A stretch of 64,000 bases of DNA from Pocillopora damicornis (lineage: Eukaryota), in the NCBI RefSeq assembly GCF_003704095.1, contig NW_020843660.1:1-64000 (forward strand). The letters are read 5' to 3'. Each line of letters begins with the position of its first letter. Within the stretch, counting starts at the first letter, position 1. The translations under genes were made by a program, and so were the position numbers. Shown here one piece after another: positions 12,348-23,542 of the stretch. Below the pieces are notes generated by a model. The model was not told the DNA's origin. It did no database searches and was given only the letters and a program-made list of their open reading frames with translations.

Positions 12348-14327
12348 GATTTACGTAAAGACACGTTTTGTTTTGGTGGGAAACCGCAGAATATAGGGTC
12401 GTTCACATCGCAGTCGAATCCAGCGGCTCCTTCGATGTCAAACAGAAGACGCGAAACTTCGTGTTACATTTCGGGACTTATGGGGAGAGGGAGAAGAAGC
12501 GAAATTTGTCATCATTTATTGGTATAAAGTGCGTAAATAATATTTCATTGCAATTGAAATATGCAAAAACACTAAAAATGGCCTCCTCAGAAACAACAGT
12601 TTTAAAATCTCGACCACAACGCTGGTCATCTCCAAGAGAGATAGGAGAAGTTTTCACCAACGCTCTCTTACAACTCGCACCTTCTGCCACACTGGTGTCT
12701 TGATATGTAAGGAGAACAAAAATGGCGGACTGAAATGGTAAGAACTAGCCCGGCGGACATTGATCGGCGCAACAGAAAACCTGATGCAGTTAACAGACCT
12801 CCTTAACTCAGTTATTAAAACTACTAACATGGCCCACCCGGAAAGATGGGATTCTAAAATAGCGGTAGACATATTTAGCTTACGCTCTCAATTGTGTACT
12901 TTCTTAATTTTGTTAATTTCACGGTAGTGAATATTTATCGATGGCACCTCTTGATTCAAAGGGTATATTTCTATACTGCATATCGATGAGGTCACATTTC
13001 AGTTTGCTATCTTGCACCAGCCGTCGTCGTCGTAATGGCAGGAATTCCAATAACAAATCAAAGCGACTAATCAAAGCGATAATTTCGTTACACAAATTTC
13101 TAAATCAACTGATTTGTTTAGGAAGGGGAATTCATTAACCTAAATCTACTTTTTCTTTCTTGGTGCACAACACTTGGCAATACAATATGACAGCGATTTC
13201 TCGCATAGATTAATCTAATTCATTCCTATCACGGAAAGAGCTTGACAATGAAGAGGATGCTCGCAAACAAAAGTCGTCCTGGTTATAAATGTTTTCTTAT
13301 AAAATTCAAGACTTCCTCATTGTCACTAAATCGGATGGAACTGAAAGTTAGTTCCTGAGAGGAAGGTCAACAAGACACATCATCGCTACAGACATACAGA
13401 ATCAATTGGAACGCCACACAATTCCTTAAAAACCATCAACTTTAATAAAACAAGTTTAGAATATAATATTAAGCAATAAAACAATTCGTTTCAGTTTCTT
13501 GTTCAAACACAACTTCAATAACAAGTACGGATCTTTAACACGAAAATATTTTAATGTTGTAAAGATTTATTCCTCGACGTTTCGGCGTCCTTTATACGCC
13601 TTTATCAATGTTAGACAAAAATCAAAAAAGGCAACTGTAAAAGTAGGCATAAGTTTTTTTCTGTTTTGAATCTTTTTAAACACTGAATGATAGCCTGACA
13701 TACATATTAGCTTCGTGATGACACCGAAACTTCTTGGTTTAAATTACCCTTCAACAATTTTGGAAAATATTCTTGAAATGTTAATTTTTGTAGAATATGA
13801 TATTTCTACTAAATAAAAATACGCCCTGGAAATTACAACAGTAACAATATCAATAAAATAACTACTTAAAGTTCGGAAACCCACACACTGAAGCAGAAAA
13901 ATCGCTTAAACTTTGCCTAAATAAGTAATGACCTGAACTTTCAACATTCTGTTATCCAAAGCACGTTTTTATTTTAGTAAATTCAACAAAAACTAACAAT
14001 AACTTGTTCCTCGTTGATCATCATCTGGCCTTGTTGGAAATCAACGCTACCTATTTACCAACCTTTCTACCAACCTGTAACTAAATAGCTCCCTCCTTGC
14101 CTCCTTGCCTCCATCCTCCATAATAAAGATTGCCACACAGTTTCAACAAATCTAATGAACAATTCAGTTAAGAAATTTGATGTATCCTTTCTGAGCTCAG
14201 TAAATAACACTTGACCGTTAATTCACATAAACATTTCGCCATAATATTACTTTTTAAATTATGAGAAGGCTTTGACGAAATTCTTTCTTATCTCTCCCAA
14301 TCTCAGCCACGGTGAGACCTTTTCCAG

Positions 14328-17300
14328 TCAGGAATTGTTGTTCTTGTCAATTTTTGTACCAAGCTTGGGCACTTTTTCCTCTAAAGTTCCCTTCCTCGAT
14401 GACTTTTCCTTAAATGGCCCCTTCAACTTGTCAGTAAGACCTCTTTTCCAGACTTCACGAGCTGTTCTACCAATACTACGATTTTCCTGACGTTTAGAGG
14501 GCTGCTGTAGCGATGAAAAACTTTCTCTACATCGAGCAGAGTCCCGCTTAGAAAATCGCACTCTCCTGTGATTCTTCCTTGTTTTCAAACGCTGACCTGT
14601 ATCGTTGACACAGCTTATATCACCATCTTCCAGTTTAAAAGAATTGTTATTATTCTCACAGATGGAAGACTGTTCATTCACTGTAAGACACGTTACTGAA
14701 AGTTGCTCAGTTGCTGGAAAAAGATCGTCATGCGATGAGGTTGAAAAAGGCGAAGATTGGGTACTTTTCCATCTCCGAGAACATTTTCCTTTGATCCGCT
14801 GCGGTTTTGGGGATGGACCACTATCTTTAATATTTCCATTCTTCAGTTCTTTCATAACAGTTTGAGTATAGCTACAACATTCTTTTGACAAATTGTCCCA
14901 ATCACTTGGAGATCCACTTGCTTCTTTTGAAAATTCGTCTTTGAAATCGTTGCTTGATAAATCGAGACAAACGCCCTCCACACTACTTCCATCCGGTGAC
15001 AGTCGCCTTCCCATTCCCATCACACTCTCTTCATGGGACAAAATTGTAACTTGTTTATGCACGAGGTCTTCTTGACTTTCACAGTATTGGTGGCTTGAGC
15101 TGATGTCACTACCAGATACCTTCATGTGGCAAAGTTTTGCTAACGTAACTACTTGGCTCTCATGTTTGTGTCCAGACAGTGGGTTGTTTTCTTTGAAATC
15201 TTCTTTAGGTTCTTTCTGAGTGTCCTTGTATGCTACCGTCGTTGTGTAGCCGAAGTCGTTATCTGCCTTAGCAAGGAAAGATTTTAAATTATTATCTGTC
15301 TGATTTACTGGCGAAGTTATCATTCCCTCAAATGAACTATCGACTGAAGACGTATCTGAACTGGAATCCACCAAACTACCCTGCGAGCCGCACGAATCCA
15401 TCGAGTCACTGACGACAGAACCACCTTGGGAGAGTGCAGTTGCTGAATGGGTAAACACCAGTTGGCCACTGGCATCAACAGGTGGACCAGCTGCCTGTTG
15501 TGCTTGCTCATAAAGATTTACACCGGAAAAGCAAGGAAAGGCCGTGGCAGCTTGAAAAACTGGAAATAACTGTGGCTGAAGTTGGGCATGAGGCACAGAT
15601 GGAAGGCCTAAGCTTGGTGGGACTAAGTTAGAGAACATCATTTGATTTCTGTACTGGAACGGTGGCATAAAGACCTGTTGAGGATGCGGTGGTTGCATGA
15701 GGTGAGGTGCCATCACAGGTTGAACAGGAGTGGAGAAAGTGAAAGACGGGTAGCATGGTTTCAACAGAGGTAACGCGGGGTACCCTTGGTAGAAAGTTCT
15801 ATGTGGATTACCCTGCAGTGGCGGGAATGATGCTTGACTGTAATACAAACAGGGACCTGAAGGCTGTTGAGTTATCACTTCTCTTGCATTCCCTGCCAAA
15901 GGCAGCTGATTTGATTGCTGGTGAACTGTGTCAGGGGTATATCTCCGCTCCTCACCGAGGGGCGGTTGACGTGAAAATGCACGGTCGTCTACGGATTGGT
16001 CATCACTGGCACTGCTGCTCTCTGATGACAATTCAGCAAGGAAATCACCACGTGCCTGAATTGTACTCTCGGTGCTTGTAAGATCAGATGCAAAACCCTG
16101 ATTCATACCACAGCTTCCAAGGGAAGGGTTTTCTACCGGACTGGACGGTGGTAAAGCAGAGTTGGGTAAATGAGCACATGAAATTTCTTCCCATGAAGAA
16201 ATCAAACCATTGGTTCTTTCTACCGTTGAGCCGTTAAGACATGGGGGTTTGTTTGCCGAGCACGCTTCATGCATGAAGTAACTATTCGTATCAAAGATAC
16301 ATTTAGAGTTGCCTTGATCAGTTTCCTTCAAAGCCTGAAAACCACTACTTGACAGGTTCACAAGAGGAACGAAATAGTTGGTACTTGTCCTTACTTCATG
16401 TAAATAATTGCTAACATTTTCTTTCTCTTCTTCACATGTTATTTGATCATGTACCAGGGCATTTCCAGGAGACTGCTCAAAGTCCAAAGATGATGGGTGT
16501 GCATGACACGTGTCTCCGTCAGACCGAACAGCAGATGCCACAAAACTAGATTTCAGGGTACTTTCTTCACACGATTCAAACTGCACCTCAATGGCACCAC
16601 TAAGATTTGATTCGTTGACTTCAGGTTGCTCTTCGAAGCATGTTTCATGAGAAATTTCAGGTGATTTTGGAAGAGACCGATCATGCTCTGAGGGAAAATT
16701 CAGCACAACAGGTTTCACCGAATTACCTGGAGGTAGATCGCAATTCTGCTGTGAAGACTTCGTTATCTTGTTAGGATCGAAATTATCTCCTTCAGTCAGG
16801 TCTTCAAAGTGTGTTTCAAATGGTCCTTGCACAGCATGGACTGAAGGTACATTGTCAAAGACTGGACTTTCTTGTGTCGAACTAAGTTCCTTGCTCTTCC
16901 CTAGAGTATGTGCTTCAGGTTCATTTACACCAGTTACATTAGAATCACAATCTTTGCCATCGCACTCAACAGGAACGAGAATAGCAATGTCTCCTATAAG
17001 AACACTAGCGAACTTATGCTCCAGGTTTGTTGTGGACGAAGCGCCAGAAATTTCCGTAAGCTGTAACTTTGCTACTGAACATTCAGTTGGGGAGCAACAT
17101 CCATCAAAAGCTTGCTCCTTCAGCTCACTCTCTGGTTTACCTTTATCAGAAGACGAACAGGGAGCGGATGGTTTGTTTTTTGTAATGTAGTTGTCATTTA
17201 CAGAAGGATTTATTAGCTTGGACTGCCTCGGTTTGACTAGATCTCTTCTGTTGTCTTTTCCTGAAAAGGCGACTTCCTTGGAAAGCATGCCGTCTGGTTT

Positions 17301-20300
17301 CTTTTTTCTGAAAGATTTCCTCCCTTTGACAGTCTTTTCATCTCTTTGCTTTGGTGCATGAGGTGCTGAGTCAGTAGAACCCTTTCTAGCTTCAGCTCCG
17401 GAGGTTTTTCCCCGTGAACTCTTACTACCAACTTCAACATTTTGCATCTCAGACAGGGAATGTTCTCCTTCAGATTTGTGCGAGGAATGAGTTCTTTCAG
17501 ACTTTACTTTTCCTATTGGAGATTCAACGCCTATTTTATTCTTCTCTGAATGAGTGTACGATAAGTCATCAAGAACCAGGCTCAGAGGAGCAGGAGTAGT
17601 ACACTTCAGGGTGAAGCTACTTCGAGGTGCAGCTTTTACTAAGTCTCTCTCCCAGTCCTCAGTACCATTCTCTCTTTCAGATAACTTGCCATCTTCTAAG
17701 CTGTTCACACTCACCATGTTTGGTTGCGGTTTACTTTCAGCATGGTGACTTTCTGAACTCGCTTGGTTTGGTTTCTCTTCGTGCAACCTTGGGTACGCTG
17801 TTAAACCATGATTTTGAAGCCCTAGTCCACCGAAATGTAACGCTATAACCTTTGACACTTTCCTTTCAATACCATAGGTTTTCATGACTTCATAAAAATC
17901 CATAAAAGAACAGCAATCTTCAAAGATTCTTTTGAGAGTGTTGTACGTAATTCCCTCCTTTAAGAGTTTCTTTATAGACATATTCTTACTGCATGCATCC
18001 AGCTTACACAGTTTATCTAAATTGGTGAGAAAAAGAGATGGTTTACTAATCAGTTCTATAACTGCAAGATAAATACAGTTTGAAAGCGTGTAAGCAACGA
18101 AAACAAAGCTAGTGTACTCAGTATAACCAGATGTTAGATCACCACCCTCAGATGTCCATGTACATCTATTACATTTTTCATAGTTCAGAGCGCCCTCTAC
18201 GCCTCCTACTCCCAAATCCAAACATCTGAATCCATACCACTCACTAAGTAACGCATACCCATCTGACCAACCTTCTAAAATGGCTTGTTGCTGTTTTTTT
18301 CCACACTGAGAGATGTAATACTCCAATCTACAAACATAAATTTTAGTTCATGATAAATATTAAATACATTTCCATAATATCTCCTTTGTTATTGAAATAA
18401 AAATGATGGACTTGCTCCATTTCAAAACCAGAATTGCCAAGGACTTATATATGTAACTACTTTGGAGAAGACGCATGTTCTAGAATCCACATTATTTTTG
18501 TTGCCTCCATTCCACAGTACATGAATATTTTAAAATTTACTGATAACTGAGTATTGAGACTCAACCCATAATCAAATTGTTTGAAAATTGTGTTCAAATG
18601 AGCTTGAAACTCAATAGTGAAAGCTGCTTTCTCCAATAAAAAGGTACCTAAAATAAATTCACCACAGGTCAAACTACACGCAAGTTGACTATACCCAGGA
18701 GAAGGGACAAAACCAACCTCAATCAAATCTAAGAGTACATGGCTTTTGAAGTTAGTAGAAAATGACACTAGCTTTACTTTCCCTTCATACAATCTGGCTT
18801 CTTCTCTTTGGACAGCACAATTCTTAGTTCAATATGAAAGTCGTACTCATTCTGATTCCCTTCAGACATTCCCAAGCAACAGTTTATGGTGGAACAAACC
18901 TTTCTTTGGTAGATGAATACTTCAAGAGGTGAAGTAGTTTGCGGAGTGGTGTCTGTGTGAAGATCTTAACCATTCCATCTACATCACCCATGGCTCTGTG
19001 TCTGTCTGAAAAGCCAAAATGGAACTTTGCTAAAATACATTTTCTAGTAATGGTTTAACACTAAAGTTTACAAGAGTACCACTGCAACTTAATTTTCCGA
19101 AATTGATTGTAGAGATTCTGAGTTAACCAAAGCTAAAAAGTCAGAGGAAAGTGCATTAACACACAGATAGAGTAAGGGATTTGATTGGATGGTTAACAAC
19201 ACAAAATCAGGGAAAATGAATGTCATGCAAATAAATAATCTAAGAGACAAATTATATTTCTTCTCGCACTAGTTCCAACTGTTTTGTTCCATGAATTATG
19301 TTTCAAAATGATAGTTTGGGTACTGCACAGGAGAGGCCAACAAAACTATGTTACATGGGGAACCAGACAGCAAGAAACCAACATCAACCAAATGTTTCAA
19401 ATCAGTCCACAGTTTGTTGAGGAGAGAATGCCAAATAGTAAAATTTGAGTAACAATGCTAGGTTGAAACACATCAGCAGTCCATATAAAGGCAAACCTAG
19501 TTGGTCATGTTCTGAATTCATGAATTGTTCAAAAATACCTCTAAGAATACTACACATGTATACATCACACCTCCTTTGACAGTATTTACCTTTAAAATTT
19601 TTCTTTGGAAAGAATTTTCTATACAGCGCCTCAAGGGACAGTCTTGTGTTGGCCAACAACTTCTCCCCATTGTCTTTCAACTAAACAAAAGGAGAGTTCA
19701 AAGAGATGTAATCAACATTTCCTTCACATCTTTTTAAAGCAGTTTTGAAGGTTTTGATTCATTTTTATGCATGACTTTCAATATGCTCATGACAACATTT
19801 TCATGAAAAATACATGCAGATAAATAAAAAGATAAATTAAAACGAGCTTTTACATATCTGCAAGCAAAGTGTTAGATTGTCTCTTGTGAACATATAAAAT
19901 ATAAAACAGATGTATGTTGTGCATGCCAAGGTATTTCTTGAAATGGGTAGGGAAGGAGGCTCTTTCCTCTCTTTACCTCAAAAGGTACATCATATGATTA
20001 TTTGATCATTTGTCCTTCTTCTACATTAATACTAACAGTTAAACAAATTTCAATGATATTGAGATAGAGAAAGATGTTTTTTGTCTTTTCACGAGAGTAG
20101 GACAAAGAAAAATTCTAGGTCCCCATGAGGAATTGAATCTCAGACCTTCAGATTGCATGATCCAATGCTCTATCACTGAGCCTCAGAGACTCCACAGTGA
20201 GTGAAGTCTATTATAAAGTTCAGATGAAACAAAATTTACCATCTCTCTTGTTCTATTCACATGCAATGATATCATTGGGTAAATATGTTAAGTTATTGCG

Positions 20301-23300
20301 ACTCATAACAATTTATAGGTACCTGCAGTTTCAGGTTAGAAAAAGATGGAACAATTTCCTAGGTGTTACTTTAAGGTTTCCAACGTTCACATCCATTAAT
20401 TTTACAAAGTATTCCTCATCAAAATCAATACACCCACAGGTCCTTACAGTTAAACCAAAACAATAGGTTCAATAAAAATTTAAAGCGCAAATTATGTGTA
20501 CATTTTGTTTCATTTCTATCCTCTGTTCAAATTTTACTTTCCTTTGTTTTGGCATGTGGCACTGCATGACAAATAGTCTAAAATCAAAGAAAATTAAAAT
20601 TTGAACCACAACATAAGTGCATCACCTACACAAGCATAACTGTTTTAACTAACTGATTCAGTGCAAGTTCACACAAGATTTGCAACCAAACCCTGCACCA
20701 ACCTCATGACAGAAAACCAAAGTATCTGCAAAATGAACATTGTGCTGGGTCAAAATTGAGTGATGTAATCCACACCTCTCCATGTTGTTCAGTAAAATCA
20801 AGAAGTCAAATTGATAGCCATGGTGTGCACACAACACTGAAAAACAAGAATAGAAATAGTGTTAGTAATCAGTTGTAAGGAAACATCTACCTGATATTTT
20901 AATTGCTGGGTATTTTTACTTTTGTATGCTACTGCATTTGTTGGGTTACATGATACTTGCAGTACCTGGACACCACTGGTAAATTTCTCTCTATGAGAAC
21001 CCCTGAGAAAAATACATTTAAATTTAATCACACAGGGAACACTACCATGTTTGATTTCTAGCCCAAGAACCGCTATATCAAGTACTTTACCTGGAAAAAA
21101 ATGCTTCCCATGTTTCTTTTTGGCTAATTTCACCATGTCATCTATCCAGGAAAGAAATTTAAGAAAAATCTCCCTGAAGAATGGCTTGTTGCTTAGATCC
21201 TCCTGTGACAGACCACAATCTCTGGCAGCTAGACATGATGTGAGTACACAATAGGAAATAAAAGTTGTTTAGACTATTAAATAAAAAGACTACAGTAACA
21301 TCAAAAAAATATTTTTCTCTACCTCTTGACATTCTCCTCCCCTATCACAACCTAACTATAAGTTGTCAGTAAATGAGAATGGAGTCTCTGTATGGATAAA
21401 ATGAACATAACACATCATGGAAAGTCTGTCTGTATGGTATTTCCCCTCCTGTTGGTTTGTATCAGAAATCTTACTTCTTTACTGCCTCACTCATCAATTA
21501 TTAATACTACCAATTTGTGTATGTTATTGTACCATACAGACAGACCTCCTTGAAGTATTCTATGTATATTGTAAGTGTATACCCCATAGGTAAATATTAG
21601 TAGCATATAACCCACAAGTGAATAGTGTATTTTCACATGTACTGATAGGCTAGTTAGGAAGTCAATAGCAAGTGCTATTCACCTCTGAGGACCTGGTAAG
21701 ACAAAATTGCCGATCAAGAGTTTAATGTTCGACCATTTGCTTATAATGGAAGGAAATAAACTTATTTTCTTGTTATCTGAGTGGTATGTACTGCAGCTCA
21801 GTAAATATCCAGTACTATTCACCTCCACTTTGGTAAATAATTGTTAAATATTGTAAGAAGAAATTCTCTCTTGATCACTCATGGACTTTAAAGGGTTAAA
21901 GTGACAGTGCAAATACGACATATGTCTGTAGACTGTATATGTCCACTAATTTTGGTTCTGATTACAGAAAACATAAAAATTCTTATTTTACCACCCCATT
22001 CCATATATCAATTAAACTATAAAAAAGTTAACTAAATCATAGTATTGGCTGTAAAATTAGTTTATGTTTAAAAAACATTTAGAGTGCAGTGTAGCAAAAA
22101 CTGTAGCTAAAGTTCTCAAAACACAGGTGGTGAATTTGCCCTTTAATTCCCATGAATGACCAAAACAGAATTTATCCTCACAACATCAATACAATATCAA
22201 GAAGATAAGTGATGAAAAAAGAAAAATATCAATTAGGGGTTTAATAGTTGATTCAATATCAAATTCGCCAAACCATCATTATGAGAACTGTTTGCCATGC
22301 TGTAAGGAGAATTACCAAAGAGATCTTAGGAGTGAAAAAGTAAAAAGCTTAAATATTGTGTTTGTTATCATCAATATTGAACTCTTTGAGATAACCACCA
22401 ATAAAACTAAATTTGGAATTACCAGGCTTCTGTACATTTCTTCCTGTCATTTGGCAGAAAATAAATAACCTATACTCTCCTGTTTTAAAATTTAGGATGA
22501 AGAAGCTCAAAATTTTTATCTGTAGTATTAAGAAGTGCGACAACACCTTGAGAAAAAAGGAAAATAATAGGTCATTTCCCTCCAAATCAATTAGTTAACT
22601 AAATCACAGTTCGTTTACTAACAATTATATTCGCAATGCACTCGAGCTCTTCCATGGGATTAAAAAACGAAAAAAGATTCGTTGCACCCACAGCAAATTT
22701 AAAAATCATATCATCGCCTTCTTACTTTAAAATAAATAGACCACTCGAGAAGAAGGTAAAGACCATGAGAAAAGGAGCCGGTGTCGAAAACAGGATTGAG
22801 ACTAGTTCAGAAATACATGACGAAGCCTGTGTTTATGGCGTTGGCAATTAACATACCGGAAATACCAACACACATTGTAAAAGCCTGAACGAGTCGAGAC
22901 AGTTTCTAAAGGAGCATTTTCGTGAGAGGGAGTCTTAATTGTCTTCAAATTCACTAAATGTGAAATTTTTAGATCGAGAGAAAATAAGGAAATAATTTGA
23001 ATTCCGTCGAATCACCAGACATGCGCTTCTTCGCACGCGCTGTTATTCTTGGCAAATTGTTAGACGCTGTTCAGATGTTGAAGGTTTTCTTTCCCATTTC
23101 TATGACTCTTTGGCTCTTTTCCAGTCCGTGCAAAAACTTTACAGAAAAAAATTTCTTCACACATAGCTTTTTCTTTGAAATGCAGCGGCGTCACAAAGGG
23201 CACAAAGTTGCTGACGGTGTAGATTTATCGTGTCGATGTTATGCAAGAAGCGCATAAACAACGTTCACTTACCGAAGGCACACAGCGGTTGTTTGGTGTT

Positions 23301-23456
23301 TATCAGCGACTGAAAAGAACCTTTCACAACATCAGGATAGCACCTTGCAGCTATTTCAATGATATCGCCACAGTAAACATTTCCATTAGCGGCTTCACTA
23401 TCATAAAATATCATCAACGGTTGAACTTTCGCGTCTTCTTTCTCCTTAGCTGCCAT
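14328..23456 (-). CDS. DEDDh 3'-5' exonuclease (PML-like/TREX-like) with PML-C-like segment and long disordered C-terminus; 1550 aa, or 1480 aa if 18062-18271 is spliced
   Basis: Exons: 23456-23273, 21228-21091, 20836-20703, 19680-19590, 19005-18900, 18327-14328. GT-AG, 4653 nt, phases consistent. ExoI IFYDSE...DIIEIAA; ExoII VLCAHHGYQFDFLIL...FADTL; LSLEALY; ExoIII RHRAMGDVDGM. Then SKNMSIKKLLKEGITYNTLKRIF (PML-C-like) and an S/P/Q-rich tail. Confidence 0.85.
20062..20223. mobile_element. tRNA-derived SINE fragment in an exonuclease intron
   Basis: CCCCATGAGGAATTGAATCTCAGACCTTCAGA...GCTCTATCACTGAGC is a reverse tRNA-like B-box/A-box arrangement typical of a coral SINE. Confidence 0.5.
22136..22343. 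mobile_element. ~200-bp MITE of a TTAA-flanked (piggyBac-like) family, degenerate
   Basis: CCCTTTAATTCCC...GGAGTGAAAAG termini and a TGTAAGGAGAATT motif shared with the copies at 26845, 28338, 31455 and 63422. Confidence 0.5.
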
Positions 23457-23542
23457 GTTCCTTTTTCCCGGGCTTGTAGTAATCAGCCTCGTCTCCAGGG
23501 TGACATAGTCATCCCAGGCTCACTCGTACGCGGCATTTCAAG
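23457..23542. promoter_or_regulatory. Very compact bidirectional promoter/5'-leader region between the exonuclease and CCS
   Basis: Divergent ATGs at 23456 (-) and 23543 (+), 86 bp apart. Locally GC/CpG-richer than the flanks. Confidence 0.6.

Noticed and set aside
14272-17848. Multiple + strand and alternate-frame ORFs over the large exonuclease exon (likewise over BAG exon 2 and CCDC43)
   Set aside because: Shadow ORFs of real coding sequence with no independent motifs.
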